Below the pieces are notes generated by a model that searched no databases, had not been told where the DNA came from, and saw nothing but the letters and a program-made list of their open reading frames with translations. From positions 1 to 60,647 of the IMG/VR virus record IMGVR_UViG_3300005805_000094: 60,647 nucleotides of DNA. The stretch is one strand, 5' to 3'. This document shows positions 23,843 to 34,275 of this stretch, in pieces (position 1 is the first letter of the stretch; every line of letters begins with the position of its first letter). This DNA is from a virus. Taxonomy: Duplodnaviria > Caudoviricetes. Position numbers and translations under genes: made by a program.

Positions 23843-26002
23843 ATGGCATTTTATAAAACTTTTACAAGGGCGACCGCAAATGGATTTGCGGGCATTGATG
23901 AAAAAAAACGCTACACCACGAGCGGTTATAGCCGACCCGGAACTCCCTACAAAGATGGTTGGGATGTAGAGCGAGGAATTAATCAGGCTCTTGACAGAGT
24001 TGTTTGGGTTTATAAAGCAGTTTATGCAATTGCGTCTAATGCAGCGTCTCTTCCAATTGGGCAAAGAGTTGGCGACTGGAGAATTGGTGAACTGCAATGG
24101 GATGACCCAATATTAGATTTGCTAAACCGTAGGCCAAATCAAAATACTGATGCTTTTACTTTTAGGTTTATGCTTTCCTCTCAAGTACTTCTTTCTAAAA
24201 AAGGTGCCTATGTTGAGATAACAAGAAACAGACTTGGCGATGTTTCCTCGCTATTCTTACATCAACCGCAGTATGTGTTTCCGATACCGGATGCGGAAAA
24301 ATTTGTTTCTGGCTATTCAATTGAATACCCAAATACACCAAAAAAAATAGTTGAACCACAAAATATGATGTGGATTCGTGTACCGCACCCTATTGACCCA
24401 TACAAAGGCCAAACACCACTTGAATCTGCTGGTTTAGCAATTGAATTTGATTATTATTCGCGTGTTTATAATCGCAACTTTGTTATTAACGACGGTCGCC
24501 CTGGCGGAATGTTGGTGATTAAGGGCGATATGGAGGAAGAGCAAAGCGAGGAAATTGCTCGTCGCTTCAGGGGTACTACTGGCTCAAATATTGGTGGTGC
24601 TGGCCGTATCACTGTTTTGTCAGCCGAAGACGCAAGTTTTATTGACACTGGGGTCAATCAGCGCGATGCACAGTACACGGAAGCGAGAGCACAGAATAAA
24701 GAAGAAATCCTTTTGGCATTCGGTGTACCGGAATCAGTTATAGGTAATGCCTCTGGAAGAAGTTTTGCAAATGCTGATGTTGAATTAGAAGTTTTCTGGA
24801 GAGAAACAATGTTGCCACACTTGACTCTTCTTGAGCGCGCATTTGACATTCTTGACGACGACCTAACTACATTTTTTTCTTACGACCTTTCATCTGTTGC
24901 TATTCTTAGTCGCGACGATAGAGAACGAGCAAAATTCCATCTTGAAGAATTGAAGCAAGGCGCAATCAGTATTGATGAATACCGGGAACTAACCGGTAGG
25001 GAGGGTGTAGGAATAGATGAACTTCTTGTTCCAACAAACCTGTCCCCAGTTGTTATGTCAACTGACGGCGGTGGTCTTCAAGACGGCAATAGGGTAAACC
25101 CAAATCAGCGCCCAGGCCGAAGACCAAACGACGCACCAGACGAAGCAATGCCTTCTGCTGGTAACGTTCCTACCTCCCCAAGGGTTACGACGGACAATAC
25201 AGAAAATCCATCACCAAGACCTGTTTACGAACCAGCGCTTTCCCCACTGTCCCACCCAATGGGCGACAATATTAAAACGGAAAGCACAACTCAAAAGCGA
25301 ACCAGGCAACTGGACAGACTTGAAGCAAGTGTTACATTGCAAATCGCTTCATTTTTTAAGCGTCAACAAAGAGTTGTTATAGAAAAAGCAAGTTCTAAAA
25401 AACTTAAAGAAAGATGGGATTCTGGCGAAAAAATTGTAGTTAGTGATTTTTTCGACATAGATATTTGGAATAAGCAGTTAGACAGCGACGGCAAAACTTG
25501 GATTTCTGCTGTGTTCCTAGATGGTGCCATAGATATAGCGGGAGAAAGTTTTGACCGACTAGACATGCAGGGCAAAGCAGTTCAAGAACTTATCGAAGAC
25601 AGGATTGCTAACCTACTTTTAGTAAATGCGACGACAGGCATGAATATGCAAAAAATGCTTGATTCTCATATTGGACGACCACACGGCGCATTTGTTGCCG
25701 AACTAAGCAGTTGGATTTCAGATTCTTTCGCAAAGCGCATCAAAACAATCGTCAGAACAGAAGTTTCCGGGGCATTCAATGCTGGGTTGCTCTGGGCAGC
25801 GCTTCAACTTGGATACACCCAAAAGACTTGGGTGAATCTTGATTCTGCAGGCGGTCGCGAAGAGCATCAACATGTTTCGAATTCGACAATAGGTATAAGT
25901 GATAGTTTTGACGTGTCGGGGAAAAGCGTAAGGTTCCCAGGTGATTTCGTAGGGGACGGCACATCGGTCATTAATTGCCGGTGCACCCTATCGTTTGCTT
26001 AG
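23843..26002 (+). CDS. HK97-family portal fused to Mu gpF-like head morphogenesis domain
   Basis: Portal motifs (G.TPLE, I..AFGVP); C-terminal RTE..KTW..RE.H..PGD..INCRC. Confidence 0.9.
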   Translation: MAFYKTFTRATANGFAGIDEKKRYTTSGYSRPGTPYKDGWDVERGINQALDRVVWVYKAVYAIASNAASLPIGQRVGDWRIGELQWDDPILDLLNRRPNQNTDAFTFRFMLSSQVLLSKKGAYVEITRNRLGDVSSLFLHQPQYVFPIPDAEKFVSGYSIEYPNTPKKIVEPQNMMWIRVPHPIDPYKGQTPLESAGLAIEFDYYSRVYNRNFVINDGRPGGMLVIKGDMEEEQSEEIARRFRGTTGSNIGGAGRITVLSAEDASFIDTGVNQRDAQYTEARAQNKEEILLAFGVPESVIGNASGRSFANADVELEVFWRETMLPHLTLLERAFDILDDDLTTFFSYDLSSVAILSRDDRERAKFHLEELKQGAISIDEYRELTGREGVGIDELLVPTNLSPVVMSTDGGGLQDGNRVNPNQRPGRRPNDAPDEAMPSAGNVPTSPRVTTDNTENPSPRPVYEPALSPLSHPMGDNIKTESTTQKRTRQLDRLEASVTLQIASFFKRQQRVVIEKASSKKLKERWDSGEKIVVSDFFDIDIWNKQLDSDGKTWISAVFLDGAIDIAGESFDRLDMQGKAVQELIEDRIANLLLVNATTGMNMQKMLDSHIGRPHGAFVAELSSWISDSFAKRIKTIVRTEVSGAFNAGLLWAALQLGYTQKTWVNLDSAGGREEHQHVSNSTIGISDSFDVSGKSVRFPGDFVGDGTSVINCRCTLSFA

Positions 26003-26066
26003 CCTATACGCTAAGTTTAGTTAATCTGAACGCTTGCTCAGTGTAGAGTTACCCCTAGGAGGTCAG

Positions 26067-28403
26067 ATGGACCGCAAAAATGTTCCTGTTTCAATGGTTA
26101 ACGCTATTGATAGCGCTGATGGAATCGTTGAAGCAATTGTTTCGGTAACGAATGTTGTTGACTCGGTTAATGACGTCATTGAGCCTGGCGCATATAAGAA
26201 TACTCTTCGAAAGCGAAATCCAAAAGGTGTTTGGTCGCACGATACTAATATCCCGGTTGCTAAAACTCTCAAGGTTGAAGAGTTGATGCCGAACGACCCA
26301 AGATTACCAGAAGATTTGCGTCAACAAAACGCAGGAGCATTGCTTGTAAAAATGCAATTTAATTTAAATACAAGTCGTGGACGTGATGCATTTTATGATG
26401 TTCAATTTTTCGCAGAAGAACAAGAGTGGTCAATCGGTTATTCTGTCCCTGAAGGCAAGTCGACAACAGACGAAAAAACTGGTGTTCGTTTCATTAAGGC
26501 TCTTGAACTTTATGAATATTCTCCTGTTATTTTTGGAGCGGCCCCAAACACGAGAACGCTTAGCGTCAAAGATGATGTTGATATTGAAACAAACGAAGAA
26601 GAACTTTATGACGAGTTTGATGATTTCAACGAATCAAAGGCTGGAGATTATTCCGATTTAAATTTTTCAATTCCAGACGGGGTCAAAAAGCAAGCAGAAA
26701 TAGGCTTAAAGTGGTCTCGCGAATATAATCGCGGTGGAACATCGGTCGGTAAAAACACTGCCAATTATTTAACTAACAACAATATTGCTGCGCCACGCAA
26801 AGTACGACATATCGCAAAGTATTTTCCGCGTCACGAAGTAGACCTTCGTACCCCTGCAAATAGTCGACCCGGCGCTGATGGTTATCCGGGCGCTGGTCTT
26901 ATCGCATGGAAACTTTGGGGTGGAGATGCTGGAAGAACATGGTCTACAAAACTCGTTGAGGCAATGAATCGTCGAGACGAAAAAAATGCCAACATCGAAA
27001 ATCTTGAAGAAAAAGCACCTGCGATGTCTGCTCGTGTAGAAAAAGCATTGCGTAAAAAAGTTGCAGACCATAACGAGAAGTACGGAGATTCCGCAGGAAA
27101 GCGAGCCACTTACTCGATGCTTGCTGCTTGCTATCGACGAGGAGTCGGGGCTTATCGCACAAATCCAAGTTCGGTGCGTCCGAATGTTTCATCACCCGAA
27201 CAATGGGCGATGGCAAGAGTCAACGGTCTTTTGTTTGCTCTCCGAACAGGACGCTTTCGTCGCGCGGCGTATGATACCGACCTTCTTCCATCAGAGCATC
27301 CACTAAGCAGCCGCAAAGATGTTTATACCGATATGCCAGAAGGAAACCCTGGTTCGTTTGGTACGCCGTATCGTCCAGGTGTTGTTGGTCGTCCCGGTGC
27401 TCGCCGCCCTCGTCGTCGTCGCCCAGCCGAAGGTAAGCCGTATCGCATCTCTAGCAACATGTCTGGTTGCAGCGGATACGCAGTTGTAAAAGAAGGTGAA
27501 GACAGTCCAGTCCCAGGCGGTTGTCATGAGACCTTGGCCGAAGCACGACGCCACATGTCTGCTCTTTACGCAGCAGAAAAAGCAGAATTTCAGACTCTTG
27601 AGCAAAAACATATCGGACACAGATTTCTTCTTTCGGCAGAAGAAGCGGCGCTGCACGAATCTCTTCTACAGATTGCAACTGTCTACGGAAAGTTTGACGA
27701 AGACGGAGATGGAATTTGGGCGGGTTATGATTCCCCTGCAGAAAATGATGTTAAAGACATTGGAGTAAAATGTTCAAACTGCACCCTGTACAAAGGCGAT
27801 GGGGTCTGTTCAATAATTAAACAAACAGTGCAAGAAGAAGGCAAATGCAGATTTGCTGTCATTCCCGACGGCGTCGTTCAGTTGGACGGAGTCAAGTCTT
27901 ACGCCGAAGCAATCACTGAGTGGGAAGAAAGCGAAGAGGGAGCCGACTGGGAAGCAATTGAATCAAAAGCCGGTGGACCAATCCGTAGTCACTCAACGGC
28001 AGTAAGAGACGATACGCCTATTAACAGAAGTGCAATTCTGGCTGTTCGTTCGCCAGAAAAACCATCTTACTACAGAAACATTTTCGCGTATCAGTTACCA
28101 AATACTGATGGAACGCGCAAAACTCACTACACATTTATTCATCATCACATTTCTAAAGATGGACAAGCCGGAGCGGCCGCAATGGGAGAACTAAGAGTTC
28201 AGATGTCGGTTCTGAACGGCGCACGAGGTGGAACTATTTTGCGCGGCTCAGATAGAAAAGCAGTTTACAATCATCTCGCGAAACATTATCGGGACGGCGG
28301 CTTTGAAATACCTTCGCTAAAGTCAGACCACGAAGTAGATAATCTTATGATTAAGGCTGGTCACATCACTGAACCATTGACGAAAGAAGAAGTAAATGAC
28401 TGA
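26067..28403 (+). CDS. HK97-type prohead protease with multiple C-terminal domains
   Basis: DVIEPGAY, WSHD, WSIGY, LYEYSPV.FGA; AGGAGG SD before ATG 26067. Confidence 0.88.
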   Translation: MDRKNVPVSMVNAIDSADGIVEAIVSVTNVVDSVNDVIEPGAYKNTLRKRNPKGVWSHDTNIPVAKTLKVEELMPNDPRLPEDLRQQNAGALLVKMQFNLNTSRGRDAFYDVQFFAEEQEWSIGYSVPEGKSTTDEKTGVRFIKALELYEYSPVIFGAAPNTRTLSVKDDVDIETNEEELYDEFDDFNESKAGDYSDLNFSIPDGVKKQAEIGLKWSREYNRGGTSVGKNTANYLTNNNIAAPRKVRHIAKYFPRHEVDLRTPANSRPGADGYPGAGLIAWKLWGGDAGRTWSTKLVEAMNRRDEKNANIENLEEKAPAMSARVEKALRKKVADHNEKYGDSAGKRATYSMLAACYRRGVGAYRTNPSSVRPNVSSPEQWAMARVNGLLFALRTGRFRRAAYDTDLLPSEHPLSSRKDVYTDMPEGNPGSFGTPYRPGVVGRPGARRPRRRRPAEGKPYRISSNMSGCSGYAVVKEGEDSPVPGGCHETLAEARRHMSALYAAEKAEFQTLEQKHIGHRFLLSAEEAALHESLLQIATVYGKFDEDGDGIWAGYDSPAENDVKDIGVKCSNCTLYKGDGVCSIIKQTVQEEGKCRFAVIPDGVVQLDGVKSYAEAITEWEESEEGADWEAIESKAGGPIRSHSTAVRDDTPINRSAILAVRSPEKPSYYRNIFAYQLPNTDGTRKTHYTFIHHHISKDGQAGAAAMGELRVQMSVLNGARGGTILRGSDRKAVYNHLAKHYRDGGFEIPSLKSDHEVDNLMIKAGHITEPLTKEEVND

Positions 28404-29844
28404 GGAGCACGATATGGAGTTGAAAGATACGGGACCCAACGGTCGCGCTATTCCCTCTCACTCAACATCGGTGGATTCTTCTTCTGCTTGGGATAGAACC
28501 GCGCAGTTTAAAAAAATGCGTTCACCGGCAACGCCTGCCTACTATAACGATATTTTTGCATTTCAACTCCCCAATACAAAGGGAACGAGAAAAACACATT
28601 ATTCTTTTATCCATCATTACGTGGATTCAAGCGGCAAGGCCGGTGCAGCATCGGGTCGTGCTCTAGGTAACTCTGTTGCAGTACTAAATGGCGGACGACA
28701 AGGGACAGTACTTCGCGGGGCAGCAAGACAGGGCGTGTATCGTCATATTGCTAATCACTACAAAGAAATGGGTCGCGACGCCCCAGAACTAAAGTCAGAC
28801 GAAAACCTTGATGCAATTATGATGTTTAAAGGATTAATTAATGCCCCACTGGCCGAAACGCTAGACCTCACCGTAAAAGGACTTAAAGACATGGACAACA
28901 TTATCGACACAGACAGCAATATCTCTTGGTTTGACGGAGAACAAGAGATGAAAGGTGTCGTCATTGAGGCCGAAGACGACGTGGCGCTTGTTGAGGAACT
29001 TAATGAAGCCGGGCAACGAACGGGTGAGTTTTATGAGGTTGAATACTCGGAGATTAAACTTCGCACCTTTGTGGTTATGGAAAAAGCGGGCGAAATGATA
29101 GAAAAGGGGTCAATTGTCTCGTGGGAGACCTCAAAGGGCAGGTATTACGGGGACATCCTTGAGGTCGTTACCGACGGAATGGCTAGAGGTGAGCCGCAAG
29201 GCCTCGAAATTGAGGGTTCCGAAGACAACCCAGCGTACGTTATTCGCGTTTGGCACAATCCAAATATGACTGAAAAGCCTGACGATTATGACGGTAGCGA
29301 CGCTGACGAGGACGAAAAGGGAGAGCACGGAGACTGGCACGCCACCAATGTAACCGTGGTCGCTCGGGGCGATGGTTTAAAGGTAGAGGAAGCCTTGCCC
29401 ACCGGGACCGAAGAAGATGACTACGATTATGGAGACGATGATGAGGAGACAGCAATGAAGAGTATTGACAAAGAGTTCCGCGCACAAGTTGAGCAAGTGA
29501 TTAAGGCTAATGCTGAAATTATTGAGCGTCTTGCAAAATTTGATGTTGAGGAAAAATCAATTGACCAAGACGAAACAGTATCGGTTCAAGAAATTGCCGC
29601 CGAAGAAGTATCAGTCGAAGAAGTCAAATCAGAGATTGCTGTTGAAGCGGTAGAAGAAGTAGTTGCTGAAGAAATTACCGAAGAAGTAAAAACCGAAGAC
29701 ACTATTGTCGAGGAAGTAAAAACTGAAGAAGAGTTGACTGAAGTTGTTCAAGAAGAGCAACCAGTTCAAGAGAGCAAGGCATCAATTACTTTTGATGACC
29801 TTCGTCAGTTCCATGACCTTTTGAAAGACATTAGCAACTCGTAA
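28396..29844 (+). CDS. Acidic head-associated/scaffold-like multidomain protein
   Basis: N-terminal domain duplicates the protease C-terminal domain; Tudor-like VSW..G segment; E/V-rich tail. Confidence 0.7.
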   Translation: MTEEHDMELKDTGPNGRAIPSHSTSVDSSSAWDRTAQFKKMRSPATPAYYNDIFAFQLPNTKGTRKTHYSFIHHYVDSSGKAGAASGRALGNSVAVLNGGRQGTVLRGAARQGVYRHIANHYKEMGRDAPELKSDENLDAIMMFKGLINAPLAETLDLTVKGLKDMDNIIDTDSNISWFDGEQEMKGVVIEAEDDVALVEELNEAGQRTGEFYEVEYSEIKLRTFVVMEKAGEMIEKGSIVSWETSKGRYYGDILEVVTDGMARGEPQGLEIEGSEDNPAYVIRVWHNPNMTEKPDDYDGSDADEDEKGEHGDWHATNVTVVARGDGLKVEEALPTGTEEDDYDYGDDDEETAMKSIDKEFRAQVEQVIKANAEIIERLAKFDVEEKSIDQDETVSVQEIAAEEVSVEEVKSEIAVEAVEEVVAEEITEEVKTEDTIVEEVKTEEELTEVVQEEQPVQESKASITFDDLRQFHDLLKDISNS

Positions 29845-29936
29845 ACAATAGACACCCAATCGGTGTCACATAATTGCACAATCAGGCACCAAACATGTGC
29901 TATGCTCGTCCATACGCGGAGTAACAGCGGAGGGCC

Positions 29937-30194
29937 ATGGACATATACGAGCAGTGCAAATCAGACACCAAACAACATCCAGTTTCTAAGGTTGATGTTG
30001 TTCTTGAGTCTTTAGATAAAAAAGATGCAGAAAGCCTAAAAAAGGCTTTGTTGGACCCATCGATATCAACAAGGACAATCGAACGAGTATTGGAAAACAA
30101 TAATGTCAGTTGTGGTTTATGGGCCATCAATAGGTGGCGTAAAACAAATAATGTAAAACTAAAATCAACATCTGCTATAGAAGGGAAAAAATAA
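29937..30194 (+). CDS. Hypothetical protein
   Basis: GGAGG SD; precedes phosphoesterase. Confidence 0.7.
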   Translation: MDIYEQCKSDTKQHPVSKVDVVLESLDKKDAESLKKALLDPSISTRTIERVLENNNVSCGLWAINRWRKTNNVKLKSTSAIEGKK

Positions 30195-30196
30195 TC

Positions 30197-31381
30197 ATGG
30201 CAATGTCTGAAGATTTTGAAAAGGTTAAGGAAAAGTCACAAATTGAAGCAGTAATAAAATTATTAAAAGAGCACAACATAAAACCAGATGAGGTTGGCTC
30301 CATAAAATCAATGAGGGTTGGCAGATGGCAAACTGTCACCAAAGACGAAGCGGGTGAAGCGCAAATTCACGACCTTAAAGGCGCAAGTCTTATCTTGAGT
30401 CCAAAATGGGATTCTGGCCCAGAGTGGCCAGTAGTTACACAAGGACCAAAATATAATGTTCCACGCACAAAAGGTAAAGTAAAAAAATCTAAAGAATGGG
30501 AAACAGCAGTAATTCTTCCAGACATGCAAATGGGTTACTACAAAAAATCTTTAGAGTTAAATGCTGAACTTGAACCCATACATGACGAGTCGGCTATATC
30601 TGTTTCTTTAAAACTTATTGAAGAAATGAAGCCAGACCGTGTTGTGATGCTTGGAGATAATTTAGATTTTGCAGAATTTGGAAAGTTTTTAACTGCTCCG
30701 ACTTTTAAGCAACTTACTCAAGCAACAATAGACAGGGCAACGCTTTTGTGTGCACAGGTCAGAACCGCTGCGCCAAATGCCAAAATAACTTGGATTGCTG
30801 GAAACCATGAGGCAAGGCTCGCTCGCTATATCCAAACAAATGCAGAGGCGGCATTTGGCTTAACACGGGGAAGGCTGGATGAGGAACTGCGAGAAAATTG
30901 GCCAGTTCTTTCAGTGCCAAATCTTTGCAGAATGGATGAATTTGGGGTTGAGTATCTATCTGGATACCCGGAATCCTTTTTAGCACTTAATGAAAATTTA
31001 ATTATTCGTCATGGAGACAGGGTTACATCAAATGGCTCTACGACCACAAAGTATTTGAACGACGCTCACAGGTCTGTTATCTACGGACATATTCATCGCG
31101 TTGAGGTTGCTTATAGAACTCGGATTACCGACCACGGTCCAAGAACTATTATGGCAGCAAGTCCAGGCTGTCTCTGCAGAATCGACGGCGCTGTGCCATC
31201 AACAAAATCCGGAGCAGACGAATTTGGTCGCCCATTAATGCAGGGCGCAGAAAATTGGCAACAAGGTCTTGCGGTTGTCCAGTACCAACCAAAGGGTGTT
31301 GGTGATGAATGGTTCAACTATGAGCAGATGTGGATTTACAATGGCAGAGGCATATTTAGAGGAATTGAATACTCCTGCTGA
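30197..31381 (+). CDS. Calcineurin-like metallophosphoesterase
   Basis: PDMQ, GDNLD, GNHE, HG, GHIHR. Confidence 0.85.
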   Translation: MAMSEDFEKVKEKSQIEAVIKLLKEHNIKPDEVGSIKSMRVGRWQTVTKDEAGEAQIHDLKGASLILSPKWDSGPEWPVVTQGPKYNVPRTKGKVKKSKEWETAVILPDMQMGYYKKSLELNAELEPIHDESAISVSLKLIEEMKPDRVVMLGDNLDFAEFGKFLTAPTFKQLTQATIDRATLLCAQVRTAAPNAKITWIAGNHEARLARYIQTNAEAAFGLTRGRLDEELRENWPVLSVPNLCRMDEFGVEYLSGYPESFLALNENLIIRHGDRVTSNGSTTTKYLNDAHRSVIYGHIHRVEVAYRTRITDHGPRTIMAASPGCLCRIDGAVPSTKSGADEFGRPLMQGAENWQQGLAVVQYQPKGVGDEWFNYEQMWIYNGRGIFRGIEYSC

Positions 31382-31397
31382 ATAGAGAGATGCAAAG

Positions 31398-31685
31398 ATG
31401 CAGAACATAGCCCAGTTTCAAGATGATGGGGATATTAGATTTCCCGTTATCACTATTTCCGTATCGGAAGATGACCTAAACGAACCTATTCATGTAGATT
31501 TGGGTTCTGTCCCTCCATTTATTGCTTCTGCCGTATTGGAAAAAGTTGTTTTGGCGTTGAAAATAGCGGTACCAGAGCCAAAAATAACTTTTAAAGGAGA
31601 CATTATTGTTGCCCCACCAATGGCAATCATTGATGACCTATTTCAAGAATTTTTAAAAGATGAAGACGGAGACGAAAATCCTTAG
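31398..31685 (+). CDS. Hypothetical protein
   Basis: 95-aa acidic ORF. Confidence 0.65.
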   Translation: MQNIAQFQDDGDIRFPVITISVSEDDLNEPIHVDLGSVPPFIASAVLEKVVLALKIAVPEPKITFKGDIIVAPPMAIIDDLFQEFLKDEDGDENP

Positions 31686-31788
31686 TCTGCCTGCTTGACA
31701 ACAGGCCAATGTTCTAGCATACTCTGTTACAACGAGGTGCTTACCTTGTATCCTAAAAGTACAACACTCTAAAAGGAGTATCTATATC

Positions 31789-33063
31789 ATGGCAACAAAC
31801 AGCCGTCTTAAGGAACTTAAGGGTGCCCTCAAGGATGTACTCGCCAAGAATGACGAAATCGTCAATCATGTCGATGCTAACCGCGAAGAGGGTGGCCCAG
31901 AAGTTCAAGTTGAAGTAAAGCATGTCGAGGCATTCCGTTCAGGACTTGCTAAGGCTCGTGAAATCCGTGCGGAAATTGAGGCACTCGAAGGTCACGAAGA
32001 AGTCAAAGCATGGGCTGCAGGTACACCTGCCCCAGCACCAATGGCTTCCAAGAACCTTTGGACCCCAGCCGATGAGCGTAAGTCTGTTGGACAACGCTTT
32101 ATTGATTCCGAGGAATTCAAGAGTGTCGCAGGTGGTCGAAATGGCTACACGATGCACGCTCCATATCAAGTCAAGGACATTTTCACCGCATTGCCATCTG
32201 GCACCCCTGGTGATTTTGGAACCCCACAGCGAGAGGGCATCGTTGAGCGCGCCAAGCGTATCAGCCGTGTTCGCGACCTGTTCCCAGTCCAGCAGACAAA
32301 CACGAACATGATTGAGTTTTTCCGTGTAAGCGGTTTCACCAATAATGCTTCGACAGTTGCAGAGCGCTCAGGTTCACCTGCAGTGTTCGCAGCAAAACCA
32401 CAGTCATCCATGACGGTGGTTGGTGTGCAGGCTCCGGTCCGTACTATTGCCCACTTCGAAGTTGCTCACCGCAACGTTCTTGACGATGAGCCAACACTTC
32501 GTGGCATCATCGACAACGAGTTGCTCTATGGCCTTCGTCTTGTAGAAGATGACCAGATTTTGAACGGCGACGGCACAGGCTCAAACCTGACCGGTATCCG
32601 CGAGACTTCAGGCATCCAGTCGCAAGTGTGGAGCGCAGGCAGCCTTGGCGATACGCGAATTGACGCAGTGCGTCGCGCTATCACCAAGTCGTTGCTCGCC
32701 TACTACGAGCCAACGGGCATTATCGTTCACCCGAACGACATGGAAGACATCGAACTGACCAAGGATGCTGAAGAGCGTCACTTGATGGTCATGTCGGTTT
32801 CTCTTGGTGCTGAAGCACGCTTGTGGCGCTTGCCAATGGTTTCAACTCCGGCAATCACCGAGGGCTTCGCTCTTGTTGGTTCGTTTGGTATTGGCGCCAC
32901 TCTGTACGACCGTATGGAAGGCAGCATCCGTGTTGCTGAGCAACACAGTGACTTCTTCATCCGGAACGCAGTTGCGGTCCTGGCTGAAGAGCGTCTTGCT
33001 CTTGCTGTTAAGCGTCCAGAGTCGTTCGTTGAAGTTGAATTCGACGGCGCACCAGAAGCCTAA
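31789..33063 (+). CDS. HK97-fold major capsid protein
   Basis: Delta-domain N-terminus, EDDQILNGDG, F.RN.V.VLAEERLAL.V.RP. Confidence 0.95.
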   Translation: MATNSRLKELKGALKDVLAKNDEIVNHVDANREEGGPEVQVEVKHVEAFRSGLAKAREIRAEIEALEGHEEVKAWAAGTPAPAPMASKNLWTPADERKSVGQRFIDSEEFKSVAGGRNGYTMHAPYQVKDIFTALPSGTPGDFGTPQREGIVERAKRISRVRDLFPVQQTNTNMIEFFRVSGFTNNASTVAERSGSPAVFAAKPQSSMTVVGVQAPVRTIAHFEVAHRNVLDDEPTLRGIIDNELLYGLRLVEDDQILNGDGTGSNLTGIRETSGIQSQVWSAGSLGDTRIDAVRRAITKSLLAYYEPTGIIVHPNDMEDIELTKDAEERHLMVMSVSLGAEARLWRLPMVSTPAITEGFALVGSFGIGATLYDRMEGSIRVAEQHSDFFIRNAVAVLAEERLALAVKRPESFVEVEFDGAPEA

Positions 33064-33085
33064 TAACTAAAGAGATAAAGTAGTT

Positions 33086-33115
33086 AGCCGGGGCGAAAGC
33101 CCCGGCTTTCTTCTT
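33086..33115 (+). terminator. Intrinsic terminator
   Basis: AGCCGGGGC-GAAA-GCCCCGGCT followed by TTCTTCTT. Confidence 0.85.
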
Positions 33116-33117
33116 AT

Positions 33118-33660
33118 ATGAAAGACCTCAAACACAAACCTTTTGAATTTAGATTTATCGGGCAGTGCCCAAATTTTTGGGGCGAACTAAAAAATTCTAT
33201 ATTATCTTTGTCTAATGCAGACTGGAAAGAATTTAATTATAGACAAAAAAATATTGTTGGCCACAAAGACACAATGACCATACCGCTTCTTTATGACCAC
33301 AAAAAGGGTCATAGAAAAATAGAGCATCCGAAATACGTATTATTCCAAAAACACCTTAATGAAATTTCTGAATACCTCTCATCAATTAATGAACCCTCAG
33401 AAATAAAAAGAGCAAATATAGTTTTGCTAAAAGCAAGGTCTTTAATTGGGACCCATATGGATGGGGGTGAATTTTTGCAATCGACTAGGCGGATTCATTT
33501 ACCCATTACAACAAACGACCAATGCTATTTTGTTGTTGAAGATAAAAAGCAACACTTTAGGGAGTCGGAGTTTTGGGAATTGGATAATACAGGCAAATAT
33601 CACAGCGTCCATAATGATGGGTCTACTGATAGGATTCATTTAATTATTGACGTTTATTAA
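33118..33660 (+). CDS. Aspartyl/asparaginyl beta-hydroxylase-like 2OG-Fe(II) oxygenase
   Basis: H.D, RIHLPI.TN, H.V.N.G..DRIHLIID. Confidence 0.8.
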   Translation: MKDLKHKPFEFRFIGQCPNFWGELKNSILSLSNADWKEFNYRQKNIVGHKDTMTIPLLYDHKKGHRKIEHPKYVLFQKHLNEISEYLSSINEPSEIKRANIVLLKARSLIGTHMDGGEFLQSTRRIHLPITTNDQCYFVVEDKKQHFRESEFWELDNTGKYHSVHNDGSTDRIHLIIDVY

Positions 33661-33674
33661 ATTGAGGTTAGGAT

Positions 33675-33833
33675 ATGACACACGTAATTGCTCCAAGAGA
33701 TATTTTTGAAACACAAAACGGCATTGCTGTCAAGGTTAAGAGTAAAGGCGACAGACTCACTGTCGACGAAGCAAAAAAGTACAAGGTCCTACCAATCACT
33801 GTTTCTTCAGCGCTGAATATCGAAACGAAATAA
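33675..33833 (+). CDS. Small protein (52 aa, MTHVIAPRDIFE...), not in ORF track
   Basis: GAGG SD, clean frame in the head-neck operon. Confidence 0.6.
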   Translation: MTHVIAPRDIFETQNGIAVKVKSKGDRLTVDEAKKYKVLPITVSSALNIETK

Positions 33834-33837
33834 TATT

Positions 33838-34248
33838 GTGAGCGAGCCAGAACAAGAAGGCGCGTCTCATTACGATTTTTCCCATGCATGGGGCTATCCT
33901 CATGCATTTGCCATAATTAAAGCCGGGCTGCAAAAAGTGTTTATGGCGCGAGAGGACTTTAGCCCCGAAAACCCATATGAGCAATTAATAACAACCCTTA
34001 CGACAACAGGGATGATTCATAGCGCATATAATCTTCAAAAAAATATAGAAGTTAGGTACGGTTGGGAACTGCTCGATGATGACAATATTGTTATGCACTC
34101 TTGTTTTGGGCTTGTAGAAAAGGTTGATATAAAAGTCAATGCTAAAGACATGGGATTCTTGCTTGATTTGGGCGACGACGAATTTGGAGCGTTTGCCTAT
34201 AAGGATATTTTTTGGGTATGCGAGGCAGATTTAGGCCAGTTTAAATAA
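33838..34248 (+). CDS. Hypothetical protein
   Basis: 136-aa ORF. Confidence 0.6.
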   Translation: MSEPEQEGASHYDFSHAWGYPHAFAIIKAGLQKVFMAREDFSPENPYEQLITTLTTTGMIHSAYNLQKNIEVRYGWELLDDDNIVMHSCFGLVEKVDIKVNAKDMGFLLDLGDDEFGAFAYKDIFWVCEADLGQFK

Positions 34249-34275
34249 TTTAAATTTTGGTGTATTATCTGCCGC

